A stretch of 64,000 bases of DNA. It comes from Mantamonas sphyraenae STR306. Its lineage: Eukaryota; Protista; CRuMs. Below are positions 1 to 10,464 of this stretch, in pieces. The stretch is from contig JAPMXV010000026.1 in assembly GCA_026936335.1 (NCBI GenBank), positions 1 through 64,000 on the forward strand. The letters are read 5' to 3'. Below the pieces are notes generated by a model. It saw nothing but the letters and a program-made list of their open reading frames with translations, did no database searches and was not told where the DNA came from. The position numbers and the translations under genes were made by a program. Numbering within the stretch: position 1 is the first letter of the stretch; the number at the start of each line of letters is the position of its first letter.

Positions 1-155
1 CCTAACCCTAACCCTAACCCTAACCCTAACCCTAACCCTAACCCTAACCCTAACCCTAACCCTAACCCTAACCCTAACCCTAACCCTAAGCCTAACCCTA
101 ACCCTGACCCTAACCCTAACCCTAACCCTAACCCTAACCCTAACCCTAACCCTAA
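1..155. repeat. Telomeric repeat array (CCCTAA)n, i.e. TTAGGG on the minus strand; chromosome left end
   Basis: About 25 tandem CCCTAA units from base 1, with single-base variants at 90 and 106. Confidence 0.98.
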
Positions 156-183
156 TCTTGCCCTTGCCCATGCCCATGCCCTG
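156..183. repeat. Degenerate telomere-like hexamers at the telomere junction
   Basis: TCTTG CCCTTG CCCATG CCCATG CCCTG continues the 6-bp period. Confidence 0.6.
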
Positions 184-433
184 TTTAACTTGTGCCCGGT
201 CTGTTTTATATGAGTCGTGCTTGTGTTTGCTGGTGGTGTGACTGAGTTGGGTGGTGACATGGGGCTGTGGGCAACGGGTGGGAGTGGAAATGATGCTGGT
301 GAGTGGCCGTCGTCTTGCAACGCCTCGCAGACAGAAGTGCCCATCCGCCTTCAACCAAAATATTACCAACACCCACAACACCCTCCACCAGTCCAACACA
401 ATCCACATACACTCCGGTACCACCACCACCACA

Positions 434-3400
434 ATGGACAAAGACTACTCAAGCACTCCGAAGCAACAACACACACCAATCACCTATCCGGCGTGCGTTC
501 TGCCTTCCACTCCGTTTTGTGACTGCCCGCTTCTCCCGCTTCCTTGCCTCCTCCATGCCTCCATCGCTTCCCTGCACTCCTCCCCTGCATCTCTACTTCC
601 CCATTACCACTATCGCTGCCTCCTCCGCTCTTCTCCGGTCCCCTCTCCCCTGTCACTGCCCTCCCCGTTGCCAGTTTTCCGGTCTGCCAATCTCCTCCGT
701 TTTCCCCTCTCTGCTCATTCCAGCCTCCCTTCACCCCTCGCTTCTGCTCTGACGGCGTCCATCCCGCCTTCCGCTCACCGTTTCCACCCCGCCCATCCCC
801 CTCCCCGTCTCCCCCACAGCTATGGGTACATGGTCCCTCCCATGGCTGCCCAGCCGTTTCCGAACATGCTGCCCTTCTCTGGCGTACAAAACCCGTACCA
901 GCACCCACAACCACCCATCATCTGGGTCCCTGTCAACACCCATTCCCAGCAGCAGCACGTATATCCTCATCACGGCCACCCATACTACGCCTACCCTCCT
1001 CCGCCGCCTCCTCAGCCGCGACAAACCGCCCAGATGCACGTCGCTCAGACTCCGTTGCACCCTCCGCCTGCTCAACCCACCACAAATCACAACGGCGTCC
1101 CCAAACGCGTCAGCCCTGCCTTTGTCGGCATCACACGTACCACATCCACCACCACATCGTCGTCCTCCTCCCACCAGGCCACACGGCAGACAGGAGACAG
1201 CGACGACGACGACGCAGACCAGGACACACACACACAAGACACTGGCGACGTGGTGGACCTGATGTTCCTGAACTTTGGCCACCGTGAACCACGGTCAATG
1301 TCCAGCAACTCAGAGTGGATGACCAGCTCAGGGATGGAGGCGTACGAAGAAAACGGCGAGGCACTCGACACAACCCAGCAGCACGTGGACGACGAGTTGG
1401 AAACTCAGGGCGCACTCAGCCTCGCAGACACTGGTGATGCCATGGATGAGGAGTACATCCCGCAAGACGACAGCGACGACGACACAGACGACATGGAGCA
1501 GGAGGACAAAAGCGAATGGCAGCCGAGACTCACAATTAGAGGCCGCACACGACAACGCAGAGTCCACAGCAGTCAACATGCTGTTTCACAACAGACGAAA
1601 GGCAGCGGACAGCGCAGGGGCAGGGTCACGGCTGGCAGTGGTACAGAGACAGGAACGTCAAGCACACGAGCAAGGAGGGCCAACAGCGGAGACACCGGCG
1701 CACGGAAGAACGCAGGCGTGGACAAGACGAACAAGTTGCCAGATGGTGTTGTGAGCAATGGCTGGTCAAACTGGCGCAAGAGCGAGCGCAGCCACAGCAA
1801 CAAGAAGGAGCACACGGCACTGCTGAAGCACATGCACAACCTGGCCAACCAGCATCCCACCGACGACATCCCCGTCCTCATGACCCTGCAGGCGCGTGTT
1901 GTGGTCTGCCATGGCACTCTGTTGGCGCTGGTCCGACAGGTTCAGCTTGCCCTCGGCAACATTCCCCTCTCCCAGGGCGACATGGCCTTCTGCCTCTCCC
2001 TTCTCGGCCGTGACACGGATCAACAGGCGTGCAGCCTTGCCATTGACCACGCTGGTCTGGCCATGGGTGTGACAAAGGCTGGGTTGAAGGTGTGCTGGCT
2101 GGAGGAGCCACACGACCACGGCGACCCCAACTACGCCCTCCTCCACCTGCTCATGACAGAGATGGACACCCTTGGCGACAGGCCCCATCCCACGACCTGG
2201 AAGGAGCACAAGCAGACCCATCTGTGGCTGCAGAAAGCACGACGCCCTACTGACAACGACAGCGACCCACACTGGACACAATGCGACTACGACCACCACC
2301 TCACCACCACCAAGGTGGACAAGTGGCATACGGTGTCTGTGCGCAGTGGCTGGAGCAAGACCGGCGACGAGCGTGGCAGCTGCACGCATCGGGAGTTCCA
2401 GACGCTGCTGGCACACATGAAGGCACGTGCAGCCAAGCACCCTCGCCATCAGCACACACACGAGCACCATGCACTGCGTGAGCTGATCAACAACGGCAGC
2501 CTGAACTCCCTGCTGCGACACATCATCCTGGCGCTGGGCAACGTTGGCGTGCCGCCTGTCGACCTGGCCTTCTTTGTCCGCCTCCTCAGTCCACACCTCA
2601 ACTACCACCAGGTCTCAACTGCCATCAGCAACACCCTCACCCGCGGCGTCACCTCCCTCTCCCTCAAGATCGCCTGGCTCGACAAACCTCAACCCAGCGA
2701 CGCCACACTGCACACCCTCCTCCACACCCTCATCGACCGCATCACACCCCACATCACCACTCGCCCCACCACCACCGATGAAATCAACACCCTCGACATC
2801 CCAGAGCTTGTTCTGCCCGAGCCCACAGAGGAGGAGAAGATGGCGGAGGAGGATGGACTGCCAGATGGCGTTGTGCGCAGTGGCTGGACAACATGGCGCA
2901 AGAGCGAGCGCAGCCACAGCAACAAGAAGGAGCACACGGCACTGCTGAACCACATGCACAACCTGGCCAACCAGCATCCCACCGACGACATCCCCGACCT
3001 CATGACCCTGCAGGCGCGTGTTGTGGTCTGCCATGGCACCCTGAGCACGCTGGTCCGACAGGTTCAGCTTGCCCTCGGCAACATTCCCCTCTCGCAGGGT
3101 GACATGGCCTTCTGCCTCACCCTCCTCGGCTGTGATATGGATCGACATGCATGCAGCCATGCCATCATCCACGCTGGTCTGGCCATGGGTGTGACAAAGG
3201 CTGGGTTGAAGGTGTGCTGGCTGGAGGAGCCACACGACCACGGCGACCCCAACTACGCCCTCCTCCACCTGTGCATGACAGAGATGGACACCCTTGGCGA
3301 CAGGCCCCATCCCACGACCTGGAAGGAGTACGAGCAGACCCAGCTGTCGCTGCAGAAAGCACGACGCCCTGCTGACAACGACAGCGACCCACACTGGACA

Positions 3401-4009
3401 CATTGCGACTATGACCACCACCTCACCACCACCAAGGTGGACAAGTGGCATCCTGAGTCTGTGCGCGATGGCTGGAACAGTGCCAATCACGGCGACGAGC
3501 GTGGCAGCTGCACGGCGCGGGAGTTCCAGACGCTGCTGGCACACATGAAGGCACGCGCAGACAAGCACCCTCGCCATCAGCACGCTCACGAGCACCAGGC
3601 ACTGCGTGATCTCATCAACAACGGCAGCCTGCACTCCCTGCTGCGACACATCATCCTGGCGCTGGGCAACGTTGGCGTGCCGCCTGTCGACCTGGCCTTC
3701 TTTGTCCGCCTCCTCAGGCCACGCCTCACCTACAAGCAGATTCGACCTGCCATCAGCCACAACCTTACCCGCGGTGTCACCGCCCTCTCCCTCAAGATCG
3801 CCTGGCTCGACAATCCCAAACCCAGCGACGCCACGCTGCACACCCTCCTCCACACCCTCATCGACCGCATCACACCCCACATCACCACACGCCCCACCAC
3901 CTCCGCACTCGTCAACGCCTACCCCATCCCCTCCTTCACCCTTCCCAAGCGCAAAGACCCTTCCTCCTTCTCCTCCTCCTCCTCCTCGAAACGGCAACGC
4001 CTCGAATGA
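434..4009 (+). CDS. Subtelomeric repeat-domain protein, copy 1 (low-complexity N-terminus, four copies A-B-A-B of an unrecognised ~170-aa domain, C-terminal basic NLS-like tail); exons 434-492 and 820-4009
   Basis: ATG 434 aligns with ATG 4172 of copy 2. Intron 493-819 is GTGCGT...CACAG. Internal 1122-nt duplication (1736 vs 2858). Ends PKRK...KRQRLE. Confidence 0.85.
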   Translation: MDKDYSSTPKQQHTPITYPACVLPSTPFCDCPLLPLPCLLHASIASLHSSPASLLPHYHYRCLLRSSPVPSPLSLPSPLPVFRSANLLRFPLSAHSSLPSPLASALTASIPPSAHRFHPAHPPPRLPHSYGYMVPPMAAQPFPNMLPFSGVQNPYQHPQPPIIWVPVNTHSQQQHVYPHHGHPYYAYPPPPPPQPRQTAQMHVAQTPLHPPPAQPTTNHNGVPKRVSPAFVGITRTTSTTTSSSSSHQATRQTGDSDDDDADQDTHTQDTGDVVDLMFLNFGHREPRSMSSNSEWMTSSGMEAYEENGEALDTTQQHVDDELETQGALSLADTGDAMDEEYIPQDDSDDDTDDMEQEDKSEWQPRLTIRGRTRQRRVHSSQHAVSQQTKGSGQRRGRVTAGSGTETGTSSTRARRANSGDTGARKNAGVDKTNKLPDGVVSNGWSNWRKSERSHSNKKEHTALLKHMHNLANQHPTDDIPVLMTLQARVVVCHGTLLALVRQVQLALGNIPLSQGDMAFCLSLLGRDTDQQACSLAIDHAGLAMGVTKAGLKVCWLEEPHDHGDPNYALLHLLMTEMDTLGDRPHPTTWKEHKQTHLWLQKARRPTDNDSDPHWTQCDYDHHLTTTKVDKWHTVSVRSGWSKTGDERGSCTHREFQTLLAHMKARAAKHPRHQHTHEHHALRELINNGSLNSLLRHIILALGNVGVPPVDLAFFVRLLSPHLNYHQVSTAISNTLTRGVTSLSLKIAWLDKPQPSDATLHTLLHTLIDRITPHITTRPTTTDEINTLDIPELVLPEPTEEEKMAEEDGLPDGVVRSGWTTWRKSERSHSNKKEHTALLNHMHNLANQHPTDDIPDLMTLQARVVVCHGTLSTLVRQVQLALGNIPLSQGDMAFCLTLLGCDMDRHACSHAIIHAGLAMGVTKAGLKVCWLEEPHDHGDPNYALLHLCMTEMDTLGDRPHPTTWKEYEQTQLSLQKARRPADNDSDPHWTHCDYDHHLTTTKVDKWHPESVRDGWNSANHGDERGSCTAREFQTLLAHMKARADKHPRHQHAHEHQALRDLINNGSLHSLLRHIILALGNVGVPPVDLAFFVRLLRPRLTYKQIRPAISHNLTRGVTALSLKIAWLDNPKPSDATLHTLLHTLIDRITPHITTRPTTSALVNAYPIPSFTLPKRKDPSSFSSSSSSKRQRLE

Positions 4010-4171
4010 ACCACCCTTCATTCCCACTCCCTCCCACTCACCCTCACCTCCCCATACGCTGCACCCTGTGCACCCCACCCATCCGCCTTCAACCAAAGTA
4101 TCACCAACACCCACATCACCCTCCACCTGTCCAACAAAATCCACATACATTCCAATACCACCACCACCACC

Positions 4172-6608
4172 ATGGACAACGACTACTCAAGCACTCCGAA
4201 GCAACAACCCACACCCAACACCTATCCAGCGTGCGTTCTGCCTTCCACTCCGTTTTCTGACTGCCCGCTTCTCCCGCTTCCTTGCCCCCTCCATGCCTCC
4301 GTCGCTTCTCTGCACTCCTCTCCTGCATCTCCACTTCCCCATCACCCCCGCTGCTGCCTTCTCCGCTCTTCCTCGATCCCCTCTCCCCTGTCACTGCCCT
4401 CCCCGTTGCCAGTTTTCCGGTCTGCCAATCTCCTCCGTTTTCCCTCTTTGCTCGTTCCAGCCTCCCTTCACCCCGCTTCTGCCATGACGGCGTCCATTCT
4501 GCCTTCCGCTCACCGTTCCCACTCCGCCTTGCCCCTCCGCGTCTCCCCACAGCTACGCGTACATGGTCCCTCCCATGGCTGCCCCGCCGTTTCCGAACAT
4601 GCTGCCCGTCCAAGGCGTACAAAACCCGTACCAGCACCCACAACCACCCATCATCTGGGTCCCTGTCAACACCCACCCCCAGCAGCATCGCGTATATGCT
4701 CATCAGGGCCATCCATACTACGCCTACCCTCCTCCGCCGCCTCCGCAGCCGCGACAAACCGCCCAGGTGCACTTCGCTCAGCCTCCGTTGCACCGTCCGC
4801 CTGCTCAACCCACCACGAACCACAACCGCGTCCCCAAACGCGTCAGCCCTGCCTTTGTGGGCATCACACGGACCATATCCACCACCACATCGTCGTCCTC
4901 CGCCCACCAGGCCACACGGCAGACTGGAGACAGCGATGACGACGACGCAGACCAGGACACACCCACACATGACACTGGCGACGTGGAGGACCTGATGTTC
5001 CTGAACTTTGGCCACCGTGAACCACGGTCAATTACCAGCAACTCAGAGTGGATGACCAGCTCATGGATGGAGGCGTACGAAGAAGACGGCGAGGCAAACG
5101 ACGCGACCCAGCAACACGTGGACGACGAGTTGGAAACTCAGGGCTCACTCAGCTTTGCAGACACTGGCGATACCATGCATGAGGAGTACATGCCACAAGA
5201 TGACAGCGACGGCGACGCAGACGACATGGAGCAGGAGGACAGGGACGAATGGCAGCCGAGACGCACAAGCAGAGGCCACACACGACGTCGCAGAAGCCAC
5301 AACAGCCGTCGTACTGGTCCACAAAAGGTGAAAGGCAGGGGACAGCGCAGGCGCAGGGTCACGGCCGGCAGTGGCACAGAGACAGGAACGTCGAGCACAC
5401 GGGCAAGGAGGACCAAGAACGGAGACAACGGCGCACGGAACAAAGCAGAGGATGACAAGACGAACAAGTTGTCAGATGTTGTTTTGCGCAAAGGGTGGAC
5501 GAAGGGACACAGTGACGAGCGCAGCCGCAGCAACAAGGAGGATCACACGGCACTGCTGAAGCACATGCACACTCTGGCCAACGAGCATCCCATCGACAAC
5601 ATCCCCGACATCATGACCCTGCAGGCGCGTGTTGTGGTCTGCCATGGCACCCTGAACACGCTGGTCCGACAGATTCAGCTCGCTCTGGGCAACATTCCCC
5701 TTTCCCAGGGCGACATGGCATTCTGCCTCACCCTTCTCGGCCGTGACATGGATCAGCAGACGGGCAGTGCTGCCATCATCAACGCTAGTCTGGCCATGGG
5801 TGTGACCAAGACTGGGTTGAAGGTGTGCTGGCTGGAGGAGCCACGCGACCACGGCGACCCCAACTACGCCCTCCTCCACCTCCTCATGACGGAGATGGAC
5901 ACTCTTGGCGACAGGCCTCATCCCACCACCTGGAAGGAACACAAGCAGACTCAGCTGTGGCTGCAGGAAGCACGACGCCCCGCTGACAACAACAGCGACC
6001 CACACTGGACACAATGCGACTACGACCACCACCTCACCACCACCAAGGTGGACGCGTGGCATTCTGAATCTGTTCGGTGTGGCTGGAGCAGTGCCACCCC
6101 CAGCGACGAGCGTGGCAGCTGCACGGCGCGGGAGTTCCAGACTCTGCTGGCACACATGAAGGCACGCGCAGCCAAGCACCCTCACCATCAGCATGCACAC
6201 GAGCACCATGCACTGCGTGAGCTGATCAACACCGGCAGCTTGAACTCCCTGGTGCGACACATCATCCTGGCGCTGGGCAACGTTGGCGTGCCGCCTGTCG
6301 ACCTGGCCTTCTTTGTCCGCCTCTTCAGGCCACGCATCACCTACAAGAAGGTGCAACAGGCCATCAGCAACATCCTCACCCGCGGTGTCACCTCCCTCTC
6401 CCTCAAGATCGCCTGGCTCGACAACCCCAAACCCAGCGACGCCACATTGCACACCCTCCTGCACACTCTCATCGACCGCATCACACCCCACATCACCACC
6501 CGCCCCACCACCACCGCACTCGTCAACGCCTACCCCATCCCCTCCTTCACCCTCCCCAAGCGCAAAGCCCCTTCCTCCTCCTCCTCCAAACGACAGCGCC
6601 TCGAATGA
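4172..6608 (+). CDS. Subtelomeric repeat-domain protein, copy 2 (A-B); exons 4172-4230 and 4553-6608
   Basis: Paralogue of 434-4009. Removing the 322-nt GT-AG intron 4231-4552 joins ORFs 4172 and 4563 in frame (..TYPA/YAYMVPP). Confidence 0.88.
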
Positions 6609-6637
6609 ACCACCCTTTCATTCTCACATCCTCCCAC

Positions 6638-8474
6638 TCACCCTCTCCTCCCCACACACCCAACCACTCTCTCCATCACCTCATCTGGCAGTGTCATCCA
6701 CCCTGCAGTCGCTTCATACCCCTCCATCCCTCCACACCCAAACATCGCCTCCCTCTCCTCCCCATTCATCACCAACGCCACTTCCATCGCCACATCCACC
6801 TGCCCACCCCATCCAATCCAATGCCACGCCTTCCTCCACCCTGCCTTCCTCGCCATCTCCACCGTTTCCATCCTGGGCTTCGCATCCCACGCCCGCAACA
6901 CCTCCACCATCTTCTCATCCTCCTCCCTCAACGCCCTCTCCAGCGCGGTCTCCTTTCCTCCATCCCCTGCAAATGTGTCCACAGGCACACCCCACTTTCG
7001 CAACACCTCCATCTCCACCACATCACCACACTCCACAAACTCCATGTGCTGCTCATTGTTCCTCCGCAGCAAAGATTGCACCTTGTCGCTCTGCACGCCA
7101 GAAACGCACCAGACAGCGTGGTTCGATTCCAATGCCTGCGCCAGTGCTGCTGCTCCTTCCAGACCTGTTCCCGCCCGGTTCCAAGTGAGGTCCAGTGCCT
7201 GCAAGGTGCTGTTCACCCTCAGTGCTTGCGCCAGCTCTGCTACGCCTTCAGCACCCATTCTGTTGTCATCGAGGTCCAGTTTCTGCAAGCTTCTGTTCTC
7301 CCTCAGTGCCTGCGCCAGGGCTGCCGCTCCCGTGTCACTGATGTTGTTATTGCCGAGTTCCAGTATGTGCAAGCTGTTGTTCTCCGTCAGTGCCTGCGCC
7401 AGGGCTGCTGCTCCTTCTGGTCCGATGCTGTTGGCGAACAGGCCCAGAGTCAGCAAGCTTTTGTTCCCCACCAGTGCCTGCGCCAGTGCTGCTGCTCCTT
7501 CTGCCCCGATGCTGTTGGTGTAGAGGTCAAGCGACTGCAAGCTGCTGTTCTCACTCAGTGCCTGCGCCAATGCTTCTGCTCCTTCTGCTCCGATGCTGTT
7601 GTTGTTGAGGTTCAGCGACTGCAAGCTGCTGTTCTCACTCAGTGCCTGCGCCAGCACGCCTGCTCCTTCCGCCTCGATGCTGTTGCTTCCGATGTTCAAT
7701 GTCTGCAAGCCGCTGTTCTCACCCAGTGCTTGTGCAAGAGCTGCCGCTCCCTTGTCACCGATGTTGTTGTGATGGAGGTTCAGTGTCCACAAGCCGCTGT
7801 TCTCACTCAGCCCCTTGGCCAGTGCTGCTGCTCCTTCTGCCCCGATGGGACAGATGCTGAGGTCCAGTGTCCGCAAGCTGCTGTTGTCACCAAGTGCCTG
7901 CGCAAATGCCGCTGTTCCTTCCATCCCACCGCTGTTCCAGCTGAAGTCCAGTGTCCGCAAGGTGCTGTTCTCACACAGCGACTGCGCCATTGCTACTGCT
8001 CCTCTTGCCGCGATGTTGTTTCTTCCGATGATCAGAGTCTGCAAGCTGTTGTTCCCGCTCAGTGCCACCGCCAGTGCTGCTGCTCCTTCCGTCCCGATTT
8101 TGTTGAAGTACAGGTTCAAACTCTGCAAGATGTTGTTCTCTCGCAGTTCCTGCGCCAGTACGACAGCCGCTGCTGGCCCGATGTCGTTGGAGCTGAGGTC
8201 CAAGATCCGCAGGCTGCGGTTCGTGCCCAATGCCTGAGCCAGCACTTGTGCCATGTCTCCCACTTGCATCGCACAAAGTTCCAATGACTGTACGATGTGT
8301 CAACAGAACTCTTCTTCAGCGCCATCAAGCTCAACGGGACGCTCACCAAATCTCCCTCCCTCCCGTTTCCCTCTCCCACCAACTCACCCTTCCCTGAGCC
8401 TCCAAAGCTTCTACAATCCGCCCATGGTCCCCGCCCTTCAACAGTTCCACCCACTCAACTTTTCCAATGCTCAT
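6638..8474 (-). CDS. Ribonuclease-inhibitor-type (NLRC3-like) LRR protein with C-terminal ankyrin-like repeat and F-box-like tail; exons 8474-8388 and 8287-6638
   Basis: More than a dozen 28-aa repeats NSSLQTLNLxxNSIGAEGAAALAQAL, then GKETALERA..MVEVL, then WMTLPDEVMERVV. Intron GTGAGT...TACAG at 8387-8288. Confidence 0.88.
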
Positions 8475-8739
8475 GTTCCTCAGAAACTCGATGTGGCCGT
8501 ATGGCTTGTGCGGTGCAGGTTTGCGGCTGAACGCTGGCGGCGTGAAGAGCGTGACGGTTGTGAGTGGACGTGTGATCCCGCGCAACGGTGAGGCACAGCA
8601 GGTGGTGGTGGGTGACACGCGTGTACAGCCCCCAACCCCCCCACCCCCCTTCCTTCCCCCTCTTCCACCCCTTTCTTACCTTTCCCTCCACAAGATGTGT
8701 TGGCCACAACCCCGCTCTCCCGCTCTCCCCGAATCCTGT

Positions 8740-10419
8740 TCATTCCCCAACATCCCTCACCACCGGTGCCCAGTCCCCAAACAACACCATCTCCATCATC
8801 TCAATGTCCTCCATCACCCACTTCCGCTCCTGCGAGCTGGCCGCCTTTGCCATCGCCCTCAAAATCACAAGCTCATCCAAACACGGCTCAAACAAAGTCC
8901 GACACACTTCGCCAGCCGTGTGCAACAAAGCAAACTCCTTCTCCTTGTCTCTTTCCTCCTTTGCCTTGTCCAGCAACCCACGCAACAACCGCACCGACGG
9001 CGCAACCATCTTCCCGTCATCCTCCGTTGTCCGTACTCCCACAAACTCATCCGTGCGCTCCATCTCCTTACAACACGCCCAACAATCGCACAAAAACCCG
9101 TACTGCTCCTCCAGTGCTTTCAAACGGTCTTGGCGCGGCATCATCAGCGCGCTCGGGCCGTAGCAAATCCGCACCTCGTCGCCTGCCTTCATCTCCCGGA
9201 CCACACGCACCACAAGTCGCCTTGGATGCGCACTGAACGACACAAACCCATCCGGCGCGCACGTGTGGTTCAGCATCGACGCCTTGGCGTAGACACCGAA
9301 CCCCAGTTTCCTCCCGTGAGCATCCCCCTCATCGATGATCGCCACTGCATTCATCCTGGCCTGCATCATGCTGCGACACAGCGCCCCTGCATCTTCTGCG
9401 AGTCCCATCCTGCACAATGCAAGCGCTGCCTTTGCACACGCTTCCTGCCTTTCCCTTCCCTCCACCCCGCAGTTGTCAACCAGCCTCTCCAGCCGCTCAT
9501 CACCAGCCTTGTGCATCTTCCATCCCAGTTCCACCCGTTGCAGCACCTTTTCGTCCTCCAGAAACACATCACCAACTCGCTTGCACGCTTCTCGCGCTCC
9601 ACACACGTGTCCGTCCTTATCCTCGTCCCTGCATCCTCTGCTGCAGTACACCACCCCAGCGCATCCCGCACACGGCAACGTCAACAAGCACTCGCGCATG
9701 CACCAATGGCAATGGTCGTCCGCGACCTCGTCCGAAACAACATGCACCACCGGTGCCTCCACAAGCACACTCACAGGCTGTGTCACGTCCATGCTCACCA
9801 CACAGAACCTTCCCACTCCCTCGCCCTCCTGCCCTTGCTCCTCCAAAAAGTCCAATTCCTCCAACGGCTCTACGATTGCGTACGATCCATCTTCCAAGTC
9901 CACGCTCTCCCCGTGCTTCCCCTTGCATGCCTCCAGTTTGCCCAGCACCAGCTTACGTGTCGCATCATCCTCTTCCACATCTTCACAAGCTTCCAGCGCC
10001 CTCTCCAGCATCTGCCGCGCCTGCACGGCGTCCCTGAGCTCCTGCAAAGCCACCGCACACCTGTACAGACCCTTGACATGCTTCTCCTCCACTCGCACTG
10101 CTTCGTACGCGTGCAGCGCACTTGCACGATACCTGTCCAGTCGGAACAATGCCAGTGCGGCATTCACGTGCACCACAGCCTCCCACGCCAATCCTCCCTC
10201 CTCCTGCTTCTCCCCTTCCGGCAACCACCGCAGTGCCTGCACGTATCCAGCTGCTGCCTCCTTCACCTTGCCACTCCTAAACATTTCATTCGCCTCCTCC
10301 CTCCACCGTAGCGCCTTTTCCAAGTCCTTCCTCCACTCCCCCACTCCCTCCACCGCCTCCTCCTCCACCGCTGCCACCAACGACCACGCATCACCAAACT
10401 TTTCCTGTGAAACGTCCAT
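8740..10419 (-). CDS. SMYD-family lysine methyltransferase (TPR + SET/MYND + post-SET), SMYD4-like architecture
   Basis: N-terminal TPRs, MYND CHWC..CAGC...YCSRGC, SET motifs ASMLNHTCAP and EVRICYG, post-SET FLCDCWAC. Confidence 0.9.
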   Translation of the reverse strand: MDVSQEKFGDAWSLVAAVEEEAVEGVGEWRKDLEKALRWREEANEMFRSGKVKEAAAGYVQALRWLPEGEKQEEGGLAWEAVVHVNAALALFRLDRYRASALHAYEAVRVEEKHVKGLYRCAVALQELRDAVQARQMLERALEACEDVEEDDATRKLVLGKLEACKGKHGESVDLEDGSYAIVEPLEELDFLEEQGQEGEGVGRFCVVSMDVTQPVSVLVEAPVVHVVSDEVADDHCHWCMRECLLTLPCAGCAGVVYCSRGCRDEDKDGHVCGAREACKRVGDVFLEDEKVLQRVELGWKMHKAGDERLERLVDNCGVEGRERQEACAKAALALCRMGLAEDAGALCRSMMQARMNAVAIIDEGDAHGRKLGFGVYAKASMLNHTCAPDGFVSFSAHPRRLVVRVVREMKAGDEVRICYGPSALMMPRQDRLKALEEQYGFLCDCWACCKEMERTDEFVGVRTTEDDGKMVAPSVRLLRGLLDKAKEERDKEKEFALLHTAGEVCRTLFEPCLDELVILRAMAKAASSQERKWVMEDIEMMEMVLFGDWAPVVRDVGE

Positions 10420-10464
10420 CCAAACCCAACTGAATTCCTTTTCCCCGCCTCGCGCACACCTCTC

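Larger units (their letters stand above)
340..6657 (+). repeat. Direct tandem duplication: unit 1 ~340-4057, unit 2 ~4078-6657
   Basis: Similarity starts at CCCATCCGCCTTCAACCAAA (340 and 4078) and covers the 5' flank, intron, CDS and ~47 bp of 3' flank. Confidence 0.92.

Noticed and set aside
251-433. N-terminal extension of the 1252-aa ORF, and translation through 493-819
   Set aside because: Copy 2 shows the true start (434/4172). The equivalent intron there is 322 nt and shifts frame, so this segment is intronic.
340-6657. Telomere-associated retrotransposon or Y'-like helicase element
   Set aside because: No reverse transcriptase, gag knuckle, helicase or transposase motifs, terminal repeats or poly(A) tail are visible, and the intron is retained.
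6605-8287. 560-aa Cys/Gln-rich plus-strand ORF
   Set aside because: Antisense shadow of the 84-bp LRR repeats.
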